From OCS116 cluster bacterium AG-430-B22 (GTDB lineage: Bacteria; Pseudomonadota; Alphaproteobacteria; MED-G09), in the NCBI GenBank assembly GCA_003209955.1, contig QCOD01000006.1:15167-79166 (forward strand): a stretch of DNA of 64,000 bases, read 5' to 3'. The notes under the pieces were generated by a model. It did no database searches, was not told the origin of the DNA, and saw only the letters and a program-made list of their open reading frames with translations. This document shows, piece after piece, positions 43,607 through 52,299 of the stretch (position 1 is the first letter of the stretch; the number at the start of each line of letters is the position of its first letter). The position numbers were made by a program, and so were the translations under genes.

Positions 43607-44620
43607 TTGCCAGATATAACAAAAATATCAATTGATATGATGGGAGGTGATTTTGGGCCAGAGGTAACTGTAAAAGGCTTAAATCATGCTTTAGATCAGA
43701 TAGATAATGTTCATGCTAACTTATTTGGTAATGAAAATGAAATTCAGGAAGTTCTAAAAAAATATCCATCTTTAGCTAAAAAGTTAACCATCTTTCATAC
43801 TGAGAACTTTGTTCCTATGGATGCTAAGCCTGCTGATGCAATTAGAAGAATTGGAAAAGACTCATCTATGTGGATGAGTATTGCTTCGTGCGCTAATAAT
43901 GAGTCAGATGTTGTTCTTTCTGCAGGAAATACAGGGGCATTAATGGCTTTATCAAAATTAATACTAAAAACAGTTGATGGTATTGAAAGACCTGCAATTA
44001 CAGCTTTGTGGCCTAATCCAAAGGGTAATTCTGTTGTCTTGGATTTAGGAGCAAATATTGATGTTTCACCAAATCAATTAATACAATTTGGTATTATGGG
44101 TTATGCATATGCTATTTGTGTTCTAAAAAAAGAAAAACCAAAAATAGCAATTTTAAATATAGGCCATGAAGAGATTAAGGGGTCTAACAACCTTCAAGAT
44201 GCACATGATAAATTATACAATATCTTTAATGATAATTTTATTGGTTTTGTCGAGGGTGATGATTTATCAAAAGGTACTGCAGATGTAATTATTACAGATG
44301 GTTTTACTGGTAATGTTGCTTTAAAAACAGCTGAAGGAATTGCTAAACTTATTGCTTTTTATTTAACTGATAGTTTAAAATCTAGTCTTACAGGAAAATT
44401 GGGAATGTTTATTGCTCAAAATTCTCTTAAATCTCTAAAAGATAAGATTGATCCTCGTGGAAACAATGGTGGTTTCTTTTTAGGCCTTAATGGATTGGTT
44501 GTAAAAAGTCATGGTGGAACTGACTTTTTAGGGTTTTCAAATGCTATTCAATTTAGTTTAAACCTTGCTCGTTCAGATGTTTCAAAGAAGATAAGTGATC
44601 TCATTGAGGAAAATATTTAA
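43607..44620 (+). CDS. plsX: phosphate acyltransferase PlsX
   Basis: [30 protein letters not shown]. Confidence 0.97.
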   Translation: MPDITKISIDMMGGDFGPEVTVKGLNHALDQIDNVHANLFGNENEIQEVLKKYPSLAKKLTIFHTENFVPMDAKPADAIRRIGKDSSMWMSIASCANNESDVVLSAGNTGALMALSKLILKTVDGIERPAITALWPNPKGNSVVLDLGANIDVSPNQLIQFGIMGYAYAICVLKKEKPKIAILNIGHEEIKGSNNLQDAHDKLYNIFNDNFIGFVEGDDLSKGTADVIITDGFTGNVALKTAEGIAKLIAFYLTDSLKSSLTGKLGMFIAQNSLKSLKDKIDPRGNNGGFFLGLNGLVVKSHGGTDFLGFSNAIQFSLNLARSDVSKKISDLIEENI

Positions 44621-45597
44621 TGTCAGGCGAAAAATTTTTTCGATCAAAAGTTATAGGGGTAGGCGGTTATTTGCCAGATAAGGTTGTAACTAATGATGAG
44701 CTTTCTAAGATTGTAGAAACAAGTGATGAATGGATTAAGGAAAGAACTGGAATACAAGAGAGAAGAGTTGCTGATGAATCTGAAACTACTTCATCCCTAG
44801 GAATAGAAGCAGCTAAAAATGCTATAAAAAATGCAGGAATTTCTTCGCAAGACATAGATTTGATAATTTTAGCTACTGCTACTCCCGATAACACCTTTCC
44901 AGCAACAGCAACATCAATTCAATCTGGATTGGGAATAAAAAAAGGATATGCTTATGATGTGCAAGCAGTATGTTCAGGATTTGTATATGCCCTTGAACTT
45001 GCAGATAATGCAATAAGGCTTGGAAAGTCTAATTACGCATTAGTAATTGGATCAGAGACATTTAGTAGAATTGTCGACTGGAATGATAGATCAACATGCG
45101 TTCTATTTGGAGATGGTTCTGGAGCTGTAGTTTTAAAGTCTACTAATGATAATTCCTCTAGCCAAATTTTAAGTAATCACCTTTATTCTGACGGTGATTA
45201 CAAAGATATGCTTTATGTTGATGGAGGTCCGTCCACTTCAAATAATGTTGGTTTTCTTAGAATGGATGGAGGTGGTGTCTTTAAGCATGCTGTAAAGAAT
45301 ATTTCTTCATCAATAATTGAGGCTCTTAATACCAATGATATGACAATTGAAGATATTGATTGGTTTGTACCTCATCAAGCCAATTCAAGAATTTTAGATG
45401 CTGTTGCTAAAAAAATAGGTATAGAAAAAGACAAGATTATTGTAACTGTAGACAAACACGCAAATACATCTGCAGCATCTATACCGCTAGCTTTAAATGA
45501 AGCTGTCTATAACAATAATATTAGCAAAGGCGATATTGTATTATTAGCAGCAATGGGGGGAGGTTTTACATGGGGTTCAAGCTTAATTAGATGGTAG
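44620..45597 (+). CDS. fabH: beta-ketoacyl-ACP synthase III
   Basis: [25 protein letters not shown]. Confidence 0.98.
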   Translation: MSGEKFFRSKVIGVGGYLPDKVVTNDELSKIVETSDEWIKERTGIQERRVADESETTSSLGIEAAKNAIKNAGISSQDIDLIILATATPDNTFPATATSIQSGLGIKKGYAYDVQAVCSGFVYALELADNAIRLGKSNYALVIGSETFSRIVDWNDRSTCVLFGDGSGAVVLKSTNDNSSSQILSNHLYSDGDYKDMLYVDGGPSTSNNVGFLRMDGGGVFKHAVKNISSSIIEALNTNDMTIEDIDWFVPHQANSRILDAVAKKIGIEKDKIIVTVDKHANTSAASIPLALNEAVYNNNISKGDIVLLAAMGGGFTWGSSLIRW

Positions 45598-45656
45598 TTA
45601 AAGCTTGATTTTTACGAATTATCATAGTTTTATGTGATATTATATCGAGAGGGGAT

Positions 45657-45944
45657 ATGTCTGAAACACTTACTCGCGCAGATCTAGCTGAATTAATTTA
45701 TAGTGAAGTTGGAATTTCAAAAACAGAAGCATCTGAAATAGTTGACCAATTTTTTGAAGAAATTATTCTTGAACTAATAGATGGTCATTCTGTTAAATTA
45801 ACATCATTTGGAACTTTTTCAGTAAGACATAAAAAAGAGAGAATTGGACGAAACCCTAAAACAAAAGAAGAAGCAATTATTGATGCAAGAAGGGTTATTT
45901 CATTTAGAGCAAGTAAAGAACTAAAAAGAAAAATAAACAACTAG
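45657..45944 (+). CDS. ihfA: integration host factor alpha
   Basis: FGTF, GRNPKT; synteny after fabH. Confidence 0.95.
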   Translation: MSETLTRADLAELIYSEVGISKTEASEIVDQFFEEIILELIDGHSVKLTSFGTFSVRHKKERIGRNPKTKEEAIIDARRVISFRASKELKRKINN

Positions 45945-45950
45945 ATTATT

Positions 45951-46307
45951 ATGAGCAAAGGACCTGATGCCTACAGAACTATTGGTGAAGCTTCGAAAGA
46001 AGTTGGAGTTGAACCATATGTCTTAAGATTTTGGGAAACTAAGTTTTCTCAACTAAGGCCCGTTAAGAGATCTGGAGGAAGACGGTTTTATAGGCCTTCT
46101 GATATAGATAAACTTAGGGTTATTAAATCACTTTTATATGATAATGGCTTAACTATTAGGGGTGCAGTTGATCAACTTAAAAAGATTGATACTAGTGAGA
46201 ACCTCACTAACAAAGAAATAATAGTTGAAACTAGTGACGGTAAAGACTCTTTAGATATCAAGCAACTAATTATTAATGAACTTATAGAAATTCGTTCGTC
46301 TCTTTAA
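45951..46307 (+). CDS. MerR-family HTH regulator conserved after ihfA
   Basis: AYRTIGE, VLRFWETKF, KRSGGRRFY. Confidence 0.92.
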   Translation: MSKGPDAYRTIGEASKEVGVEPYVLRFWETKFSQLRPVKRSGGRRFYRPSDIDKLRVIKSLLYDNGLTIRGAVDQLKKIDTSENLTNKEIIVETSDGKDSLDIKQLIINELIEIRSSL

Positions 46308-46313
46308 AAACTT

Positions 46314-46390
46314 CGGAGCGTAGCGCAGCTCGGTAGCGCACTTGTCTGGGGGACAAGGGGTCGTGGGTTCAAATCCCGCCGCTCCGACCA
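46314..46390 (+). tRNA. tRNA-Pro(GGG)
   Basis: CGGAGCG-TAGCGCAG...CTTGT CT GGG GG ACAAG...GTTCAAAT...CGCTCCGACCA; 77 nt. Confidence 0.98.
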
Positions 46391-46398
46391 AGTTGACA

Positions 46399-46887
46399 TT
46401 AATTTTTATTAATTATCTGCCAATTTTCAAGAGGTTGATAAGTGAAGATAGGTTCTTGTTTCTTTAGTAAGGCTATTAAGCCTGTAATCATATTATTTAA
46501 GGCCACACTTAAAGCTTCTGCGACATCATCTTCATTAAGTCTACTGTCTGATATTACTTTCCCTGACCATTTAATTTCAGAGTTACCATCATCAATAGGT
46601 ATAATTTTTGCAATAACAACATAATCTTGCATTCCAACTGGTTTTCCATCTGTTAATTTATAAGAAAAAGATAAATCTTTATCGCTATAGGCTACCAGTT
46701 CATGTTGAACATATCCTTGAGTAATTAAAGTAATATCTCTAATTGCTCCTACACCTTTACCTTTAACGGAAATTGAACTTTCATTTCCACCCGGCACCCA
46801 ATTAAGAACACGATCAAAATGTTTCATTTCATTCCAAATTGTCTGAGAAGGTATATCTGTAATACGACTTACTTCAACTGTTTTCAT
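46399..46887 (-). CDS. SRPBCC (polyketide cyclase 2) family protein
   Basis: W..F..V.NWVP, GVGAIR, FSYKL pattern. Confidence 0.8.
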   Translation of the reverse strand: MKTVEVSRITDIPSQTIWNEMKHFDRVLNWVPGGNESSISVKGKGVGAIRDITLITQGYVQHELVAYSDKDLSFSYKLTDGKPVGMQDYVVIAKIIPIDDGNSEIKWSGKVISDSRLNEDDVAEALSVALNNMITGLIALLKKQEPIFTYQPLENWQIINKN

Positions 46888-46934
46888 TTTATTCCTGTTA
46901 TTTAACTATATTATATTTTTAATCTTTTTAAGAA

Positions 46935-47450
46935 TTAATTCTTTTTAGATCTTGATGAGATATAATCCATCAAAGCTAATAAAACACCTGAACCTACAAA
47001 TACAATATGAATGATAATCATCCAAAAGATTTCATTTTCATTTTTTTTTCCTATGTCCATAAAAGTTTCAAGAAGATTAATTCCTGATATAGCAACTATA
47101 GAAGCTACCAGCTTTAACTTTAATTCGCTAAAATCGACAGTTCCCATCCAATCAGGTTTATCTTCGCTTCCATCAGCTATACTTATCCTAGAGACAAAAT
47201 TTTCATATCCTGAAAAGATAATCATAAGTGTTAGATTGGCAACCAAAGCTAAATCAATAATATGCAATATAAAAAGCATCATATCTTTAAGATCTGATGA
47301 ACCTAGTATTGGAATAAAACTTACAAATTCTTCAAGAACTTTTAGAGTTATAAAAAAAAGTGAGATAGATAGAATTACATAAATGGGAGCAAGCAACCAA
47401 CGACTTGCAAAAATAAATTTTTCAAGTGTATTTTCTAATATTTTATGCAC
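46935..47450 (-). CDS. UPF0114/YqhA (TIGR00645) membrane protein
   Basis: SRWLLAP, SGYENFVS, LKLKLVASIVAIS. Confidence 0.9.
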   Translation of the reverse strand: MHKILENTLEKFIFASRWLLAPIYVILSISLFFITLKVLEEFVSFIPILGSSDLKDMMLFILHIIDLALVANLTLMIIFSGYENFVSRISIADGSEDKPDWMGTVDFSELKLKLVASIVAISGINLLETFMDIGKKNENEIFWMIIIHIVFVGSGVLLALMDYISSRSKKN

Positions 47451-47503
47451 ATCTATTATTTAATGTGATTCATAATTTTATTAAAAAATTATTTACTAAT
47501 TTC

Positions 47504-47707
47504 TTAATACTTAAAGAACCTCAAAGAAATATTATTTAGCCTAAAGTGATACCAAACTACAAATGCAATATTAAAAGGCAGAAGATAGCTAAATAAAGCA
47601 TATTGGCCATTAATAATGGAAGCCAATGATATATAAAGAGTTAGAACACCAAGAATACATATGGCAAGTTTAGTTATCTCTATAAAAATTTTTTTCGTAA
47701 ACATCAT
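47504..47707 (-). CDS. small membrane protein
   Basis: 67 aa, two hydrophobic segments. Confidence 0.55.
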   Translation of the reverse strand: MMFTKKIFIEITKLAICILGVLTLYISLASIINGQYALFSYLLPFNIAFVVWYHFRLNNISLRFFKY

Positions 47708-47714
47708 AATTTAT

Positions 47715-47792
47715 TTATATGAAAAGTGGTTGAACAGCTATTATCACTGCTGAAAATAAAATTATCATCATTATGTTATTTAGAATTGACAT
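47715..47792 (-). CDS. unlisted 25-aa hydrophobic small protein (MSILNNIMMIILFSAVIIAVQPLFI)
   Basis: Strong SD AGGAG ~6 nt before ATG; stop 7 nt before the next ORF on the same strand. Confidence 0.55.
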   Translation of the reverse strand: MSILNNIMMIILFSAVIIAVQPLFI

Positions 47793-47929
47793 TAATTACT
47801 CCTATAATTCTATTACTAATAATCAAAAAACATGCCAAATTTTTAAAAATAAAAAAAAACATAAAAAAAGTGTTAATCTAAATTAATGGAATCACTTAGT
47901 TAAATTAATTAAATTTTAGGGAGTAAGTA

Positions 47930-48373
47930 ATGATGCCAATAAATTCTTTTTTAAATAGATTGTTTTCTCCATTTTATAATCATGCACATTTTCTTTTAAG
48001 GATATCTTTAGGTATATCTTTTTTTTTACATGGTTATGGAAAATTTAAAATTATCGATGGATTTGCAAGTTTTCTAAGTTCTCAAGGAATTCTATATCCA
48101 AAACTTATGACATATTTAGTTGCTTGGGGAGAGATGCTTGCAGGTATAACTATAATTATTGGAGGATTATTAATTAAATCCCAGCCTGTTTTATCTAATT
48201 TATTAACAAGGCTATCTGGTGCAGGTGTAGTAGTAATTATGATAAGCGCTTTAATTATTGCTCATTCTGATTGGAGTATATTTATTGGAGAGAGAGGAAA
48301 AGTATTATTTGCTAGTGAACAATTATTTCTTCTTACTATAGGTTTATATTTCTTCATTAAAGGTAATGATTGA
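47930..48373 (+). CDS. DoxX family membrane protein
   Basis: LLRISLG..F.LHG..K, VAWGEMLAG; SD GGGAG. Confidence 0.88.
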   Translation: MMPINSFLNRLFSPFYNHAHFLLRISLGISFFLHGYGKFKIIDGFASFLSSQGILYPKLMTYLVAWGEMLAGITIIIGGLLIKSQPVLSNLLTRLSGAGVVVIMISALIIAHSDWSIFIGERGKVLFASEQLFLLTIGLYFFIKGND

Positions 48374-48837
48374 TGATAGAAAAAATTATTAACAAAGATG
48401 AGGTTGTTTCATTTTTAGATTCTTGGAAGAGCGGGGTTGTTAACATTGGCCAAACATATACTGAGAATAATGATTTTGTTTCAGTAGCCAAAGATTTTAT
48501 ATCAAAACATTATAACTTTAGTGAGGGTGAGGTTTTATTTAAGCCAACATTTACAAAAGAGGTAATTTTTAGAAATAATAAAGAGGATGCTTTATCTTAC
48601 TTCGTTAAGGGGAATATACCAGAAGATAAAGGTTTTGCCATTAAGCCTTGGAAAAAAATAGATCTATTAGATGTAAATATAATTATTGAAATTGGTTACT
48701 GTTTTTGTATGGGTGTTTTGGAGTTATTTCCATTATCTAAGAATGAAAATACTAAAGTTGCCTTCACTTTTATGCTTGTAAAAAATACAAATGATAAACT
48801 TAAGATAAAGGTACATCATTCATCGCCAATAATATAA
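48373..48837 (+). CDS. COG4337-like iota-class carbonic anhydrase
   Basis: VLFKPT, FR...EDALSYF, EDKGFAIKPW, MG, FTF, C-terminal KIKVHHSS. Confidence 0.75.
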   Translation: MIEKIINKDEVVSFLDSWKSGVVNIGQTYTENNDFVSVAKDFISKHYNFSEGEVLFKPTFTKEVIFRNNKEDALSYFVKGNIPEDKGFAIKPWKKIDLLDVNIIIEIGYCFCMGVLELFPLSKNENTKVAFTFMLVKNTNDKLKIKVHHSSPII

Positions 48838-48867
48838 AAAAACCCGGCCTATAATAAGCCGGGTTTT
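48834..48867. terminator. bidirectional intrinsic terminator (stronger for the minus strand)
   Basis: AAAAAAACCCGGC-CTATAATAA-GCCGGGTTTT between convergent genes. Confidence 0.85.
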
Positions 48868-48890
48868 AAAATATTATAAATATTATAAAT

Positions 48891-49595
48891 TTATGCGCTT
48901 GATCTTGAGCTTGAGTCAGAAACTGCTGCTGCCCAAATAGCTACACCAAATGCAATTTTATTTAAAAAGTCAGCAAGGTTATAAACAATGTTTAGCGTAT
49001 TTGAATCTACACCACCACCCATATAGCCCAAGAAATACCCAATCGGATAAATTGCCCAACCAAATGTTACAATAAGTCTAATAGTAGAGAATGCCGCCTG
49101 ACTTGCTGCATTACCACTTCCAGCGTTAGCTTTAGAAGCTTCGCCTAGGAAAATTTCATAAATAATGTATGCCCATGCAAAAACACCTATTACGAAACCT
49201 GTTGTAGCATTAATTAAGCCTAATTCTCCAAGATATCCAAAAACTAACATGACTAAAGATGCTATTAAAAGCTTCCAAAATAATGCTGCTCTTACAACTG
49301 CAACTGCAGCTACAATTAAGTAAAATTCAACAATTTGAAGAGGTACTGTTATTACCCAATCAATATATCTATAAACTGTTGGTGATTCACCAGTTGATAT
49401 CCACACGCCTCGCATATATAGATAATGCCAAAATGCAACACCAGTAACCAAACCAGCGACGCTAAGAGATGTTTTCCATTTATCAGAAACTCTATCTCTT
49501 TCAACAAAGAAAAAAACAGTTGCTGCAAGCATACCTGCTGCAACTATCCAAAATGTAATTCCAACATAGTCGTTGGCTGCTAATATATCATTCAT
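48891..49595 (-). CDS. proteorhodopsin, DTE proton pump, blue-tuned
   Basis: YRYIDWVITVPLQIVEF (D,T,E; Q at the tuning site), FWHY His, DFLNK retinal lysine; 7 TM; SD AAGGAGG. Confidence 0.98.
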   Translation of the reverse strand: MNDILAANDYVGITFWIVAAGMLAATVFFFVERDRVSDKWKTSLSVAGLVTGVAFWHYLYMRGVWISTGESPTVYRYIDWVITVPLQIVEFYLIVAAVAVVRAALFWKLLIASLVMLVFGYLGELGLINATTGFVIGVFAWAYIIYEIFLGEASKANAGSGNAASQAAFSTIRLIVTFGWAIYPIGYFLGYMGGGVDSNTLNIVYNLADFLNKIAFGVAIWAAAVSDSSSRSSA

Positions 49596-49694
49596 ATTAA
49601 GCCCTCCTTATGTATGCATATTTAAAAAATTTTATTTTAATTAAAAATTAATTTTATTAATATTTTATAATATAATTATTATTAAAATAAATAA

Positions 49695-49790
49695 TTAATT
49701 ATTCAAAATTTTATAAATAAAATAAAGGGGCACTAGGATAAATAATACTACTAATGCAATATAGGTAATTATATCGGATAACTTGTTCAT
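49695..49790 (-). CDS. unlisted 31-aa single-TM protein (MNKLSDIITYIALVVLFILVPLYFIYKILNN)
   Basis: ATG..TAA ORF between the PQQ gene and proteorhodopsin; weak SD. Confidence 0.45.
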   Translation of the reverse strand: MNKLSDIITYIALVVLFILVPLYFIYKILNN

Positions 49791-49851
49791 TCTTATTTTT
49801 CTTATTATTAAGAAAATATTATCTCATAAAAAAATATTGTCCATTATTAGA

Positions 49852-51915
49852 TTAATCTAATTCGAAAACATAAATCGTGTTACCACCTTCTGGCTGATAA
49901 ATATCAGGACTTATATTTGATGTTAGTGCTCTAAAAACACCCATGCCAGTTGTTACTGCAATGTATTGTTTATTATTAATTCCATAACTAATTGGATAAC
50001 CATGCACTGCTGAGTTTAGAGTTGTTTCCCATAATAAATCACCATTTCTAGTATCAAATGCCTTAAACTTTCTATCTAAATCTCCAATAAATGTTATTCC
50101 AGATTTTGTTGTTAAGGCCGAGGTTAAGAACATAGCTTCTTGTTCATGTGACCATAATTCATCCAAATTTTGGGAATTGATAGCTATAATTTTACCAGGT
50201 TTTTTGTTTGGCATTTTATATGTTTTTGAATCTCCTCCATAACCTCCGCCACCTTCGGACATGTCCACTTTTCTACCTATCATATCTGAACAAAGCTGGT
50301 GTAAAGGGATTATGATTATTTTAGAGATATTATCATATGAAGCTGATTGCCAGTTATGACCTCCATATATACCTGGACAAGCTGAAAATGCCTTTCCAAT
50401 TTCAGAATTTATAATATCTTCACGGTATTTCACTCTTCCATATTTTTTATCAACATTGCTATATATATCCTGGTTCATAGTATCTTTTAGTTTAACAAAT
50501 GTTCCGCTTTCTCTATTCAATTTCCAAACAATCCCATCTTTACCTATTGTGATAAGATATTTTTTTTCATATTCATCAATAAGTATTCTTTCAAATCCAA
50601 CCTCCATATCAATAGTTTCACCAGGTATATGTTGAAAATACCAAACAATTTCTCCAGTTTTTGGCTTTATTGCTAATGTTGAATTTGTATATAAAGCTGC
50701 CTCATTAGGAGTCATTCCTCTACTCGCAGCAACCCATGGTTTTGCTTGTGAGGTTCCAATATAGAATAGGTTTAAAACTGGATCATAGCTACCAGCTATC
50801 CACATATCTGATCCTGATCTATAAAGTTGAGGTGTATCACCCCAGCTTTCACTATTGGGGTCATCTGGTAAGGCAATAGTTGACGTTCTCCATATTTCCT
50901 CTCCTGTTTCTGGGTCATGTCCAGTTATAAAGCAACCATCTTTTATATATCTTTCGCAACCATTAATTCCTGATATAACTATTCCATCAGCAATAATTGG
51001 ACCGCTGGTATGCGTATAGCCATCTTCATAATTAGCTTTTTTAGTTTTCCATATTAATTTTCCAGTCACAGCATCTAATGCAATTAAATGAGCATCATAA
51101 GTAGCTAAAAAGATTTTATTTTGAAAAATAGCTATATTTCTGGTAGGGCCACCTAATGTTTTAGAGCCTTTTTTATAATTATATTTATATTCCCAAATCA
51201 ACTCCCCGTTTTTAGCATTGATAGCCTGTATTATATTATCAGGATGCGTTAAAAACATAATGCCATCATAAACCAAAGGTGTTCCTTGATTACTTCCTTC
51301 AGACATTGTTAATGACCATGATAACTTTAAATTGCTAATATTTTTTTTATTAATTTGAGTAAGTGGAGTAAATCCATGAGATAATGGACTTCTTCGCCAT
51401 GATGTCCAGTCATTAGGGTCAGGATAATTTACGGCATCAATTGATAAATTATTATAATTTTTTAATTTTTTATTCTCGAATAATGATTTTCTATCTTCAG
51501 GCCTATCAATTGTACTTGGATCACTGAAAGAAACCCATTCTTCTTCATCAGAAGTATCGACAATATTTGTTAGGTTAATATCTTTTATATTATTTTTATC
51601 TAATATATATGAAAGAATCTCCAAGTAATCACTATTGCTAATTTTATGATTATTACCGGGCGGCATTGTATTAGCTATAACTGAAAAAAGTAATTCAAAT
51701 TTATTTTGCCATTTTTCTATAAAAATTTTTCCTATTAATTCGTTACCATGTGAAGAACCTCTTAAGGATAATGAATGGCATTCTGCACAATTTTCTGCAT
51801 ATAAAATTTCTCCATTTTTTTTATTGTTTTTTTCAGCTAACACTAACAAAGGTGTAAAAATAAAAGACAAACATGTTAAAAAAATAAAAAAGAATTTCTT
51901 TTTAGATCTATTCAT
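49852..51915 (-). CDS. PQQ-dependent dehydrogenase with N-terminal cytochrome c domain
   Basis: Signal peptide, CAECH + MPP heme ligands, TPLVYDG, repeated A..G..IW propeller motifs, GGHNW, QYIAV. Confidence 0.9.
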   Translation of the reverse strand: MNRSKKKFFFIFLTCLSFIFTPLLVLAEKNNKKNGEILYAENCAECHSLSLRGSSHGNELIGKIFIEKWQNKFELLFSVIANTMPPGNNHKISNSDYLEILSYILDKNNIKDINLTNIVDTSDEEEWVSFSDPSTIDRPEDRKSLFENKKLKNYNNLSIDAVNYPDPNDWTSWRRSPLSHGFTPLTQINKKNISNLKLSWSLTMSEGSNQGTPLVYDGIMFLTHPDNIIQAINAKNGELIWEYKYNYKKGSKTLGGPTRNIAIFQNKIFLATYDAHLIALDAVTGKLIWKTKKANYEDGYTHTSGPIIADGIVISGINGCERYIKDGCFITGHDPETGEEIWRTSTIALPDDPNSESWGDTPQLYRSGSDMWIAGSYDPVLNLFYIGTSQAKPWVAASRGMTPNEAALYTNSTLAIKPKTGEIVWYFQHIPGETIDMEVGFERILIDEYEKKYLITIGKDGIVWKLNRESGTFVKLKDTMNQDIYSNVDKKYGRVKYREDIINSEIGKAFSACPGIYGGHNWQSASYDNISKIIIIPLHQLCSDMIGRKVDMSEGGGGYGGDSKTYKMPNKKPGKIIAINSQNLDELWSHEQEAMFLTSALTTKSGITFIGDLDRKFKAFDTRNGDLLWETTLNSAVHGYPISYGINNKQYIAVTTGMGVFRALTSNISPDIYQPEGGNTIYVFELD

Positions 51916-51969
51916 AACAAACAATATAATTTATAAAATCAAAAACCACTATTTTTATATAGGTTACAA

Positions 51970-52050
51970 ATGATAGCAATTATAGCAATATCAATTTTTA
52001 TTCTGATTATTTTTCTTTTAAATAAGATAACTTTTGGAAGATTTGATTAA
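51970..52050 (+). CDS. unlisted 26-aa hydrophobic small protein (MIAIIAISIFILIIFLLNKITFGRFD)
   Basis: SD AGGT, stop overlapping the convergent DUF2842 stop. Confidence 0.4.
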   Translation: MIAIIAISIFILIIFLLNKITFGRFD

Positions 52051-52256
52051 TTTTCTCTTTGCATCCAAGAAATTATTGGCAATACAGGAACCACCCAAAT
52101 TAAACCAGCTATAAGATAAAATAAGAAAACCATAAAACCATTTAGATTAGGCAATAGTATTTCAGCTAAAACGGCTACAATACCAATAAAGAAAATCAAC
52201 CATATAGGTATAATAATTGTTCCAATTAATTTTTTTATTCTATTGTTAATCTTCAT
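52047..52256 (-). CDS. DUF2842 family small membrane protein
   Basis: RIKKLIG, YLIAGLIWVVP..IISWM; divergent from ctaA. Confidence 0.75.
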   Translation of the reverse strand: MKINNRIKKLIGTIIIPIWLIFFIGIVAVLAEILLPNLNGFMVFLFYLIAGLIWVVPVLPIISWMQREN

Positions 52257-52299
52257 AACCATACCTATATACATATGTGAACAACTTAGATGATTTACT

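Noticed and set aside
49170-49210. Carotenoid-antenna fenestration in the proteorhodopsin, linked to the CrtR-like gene
   Set aside because: By eye alignment the helix E position equivalent to xanthorhodopsin Gly156 is Phe (TGFVIG), so non-fenestrated
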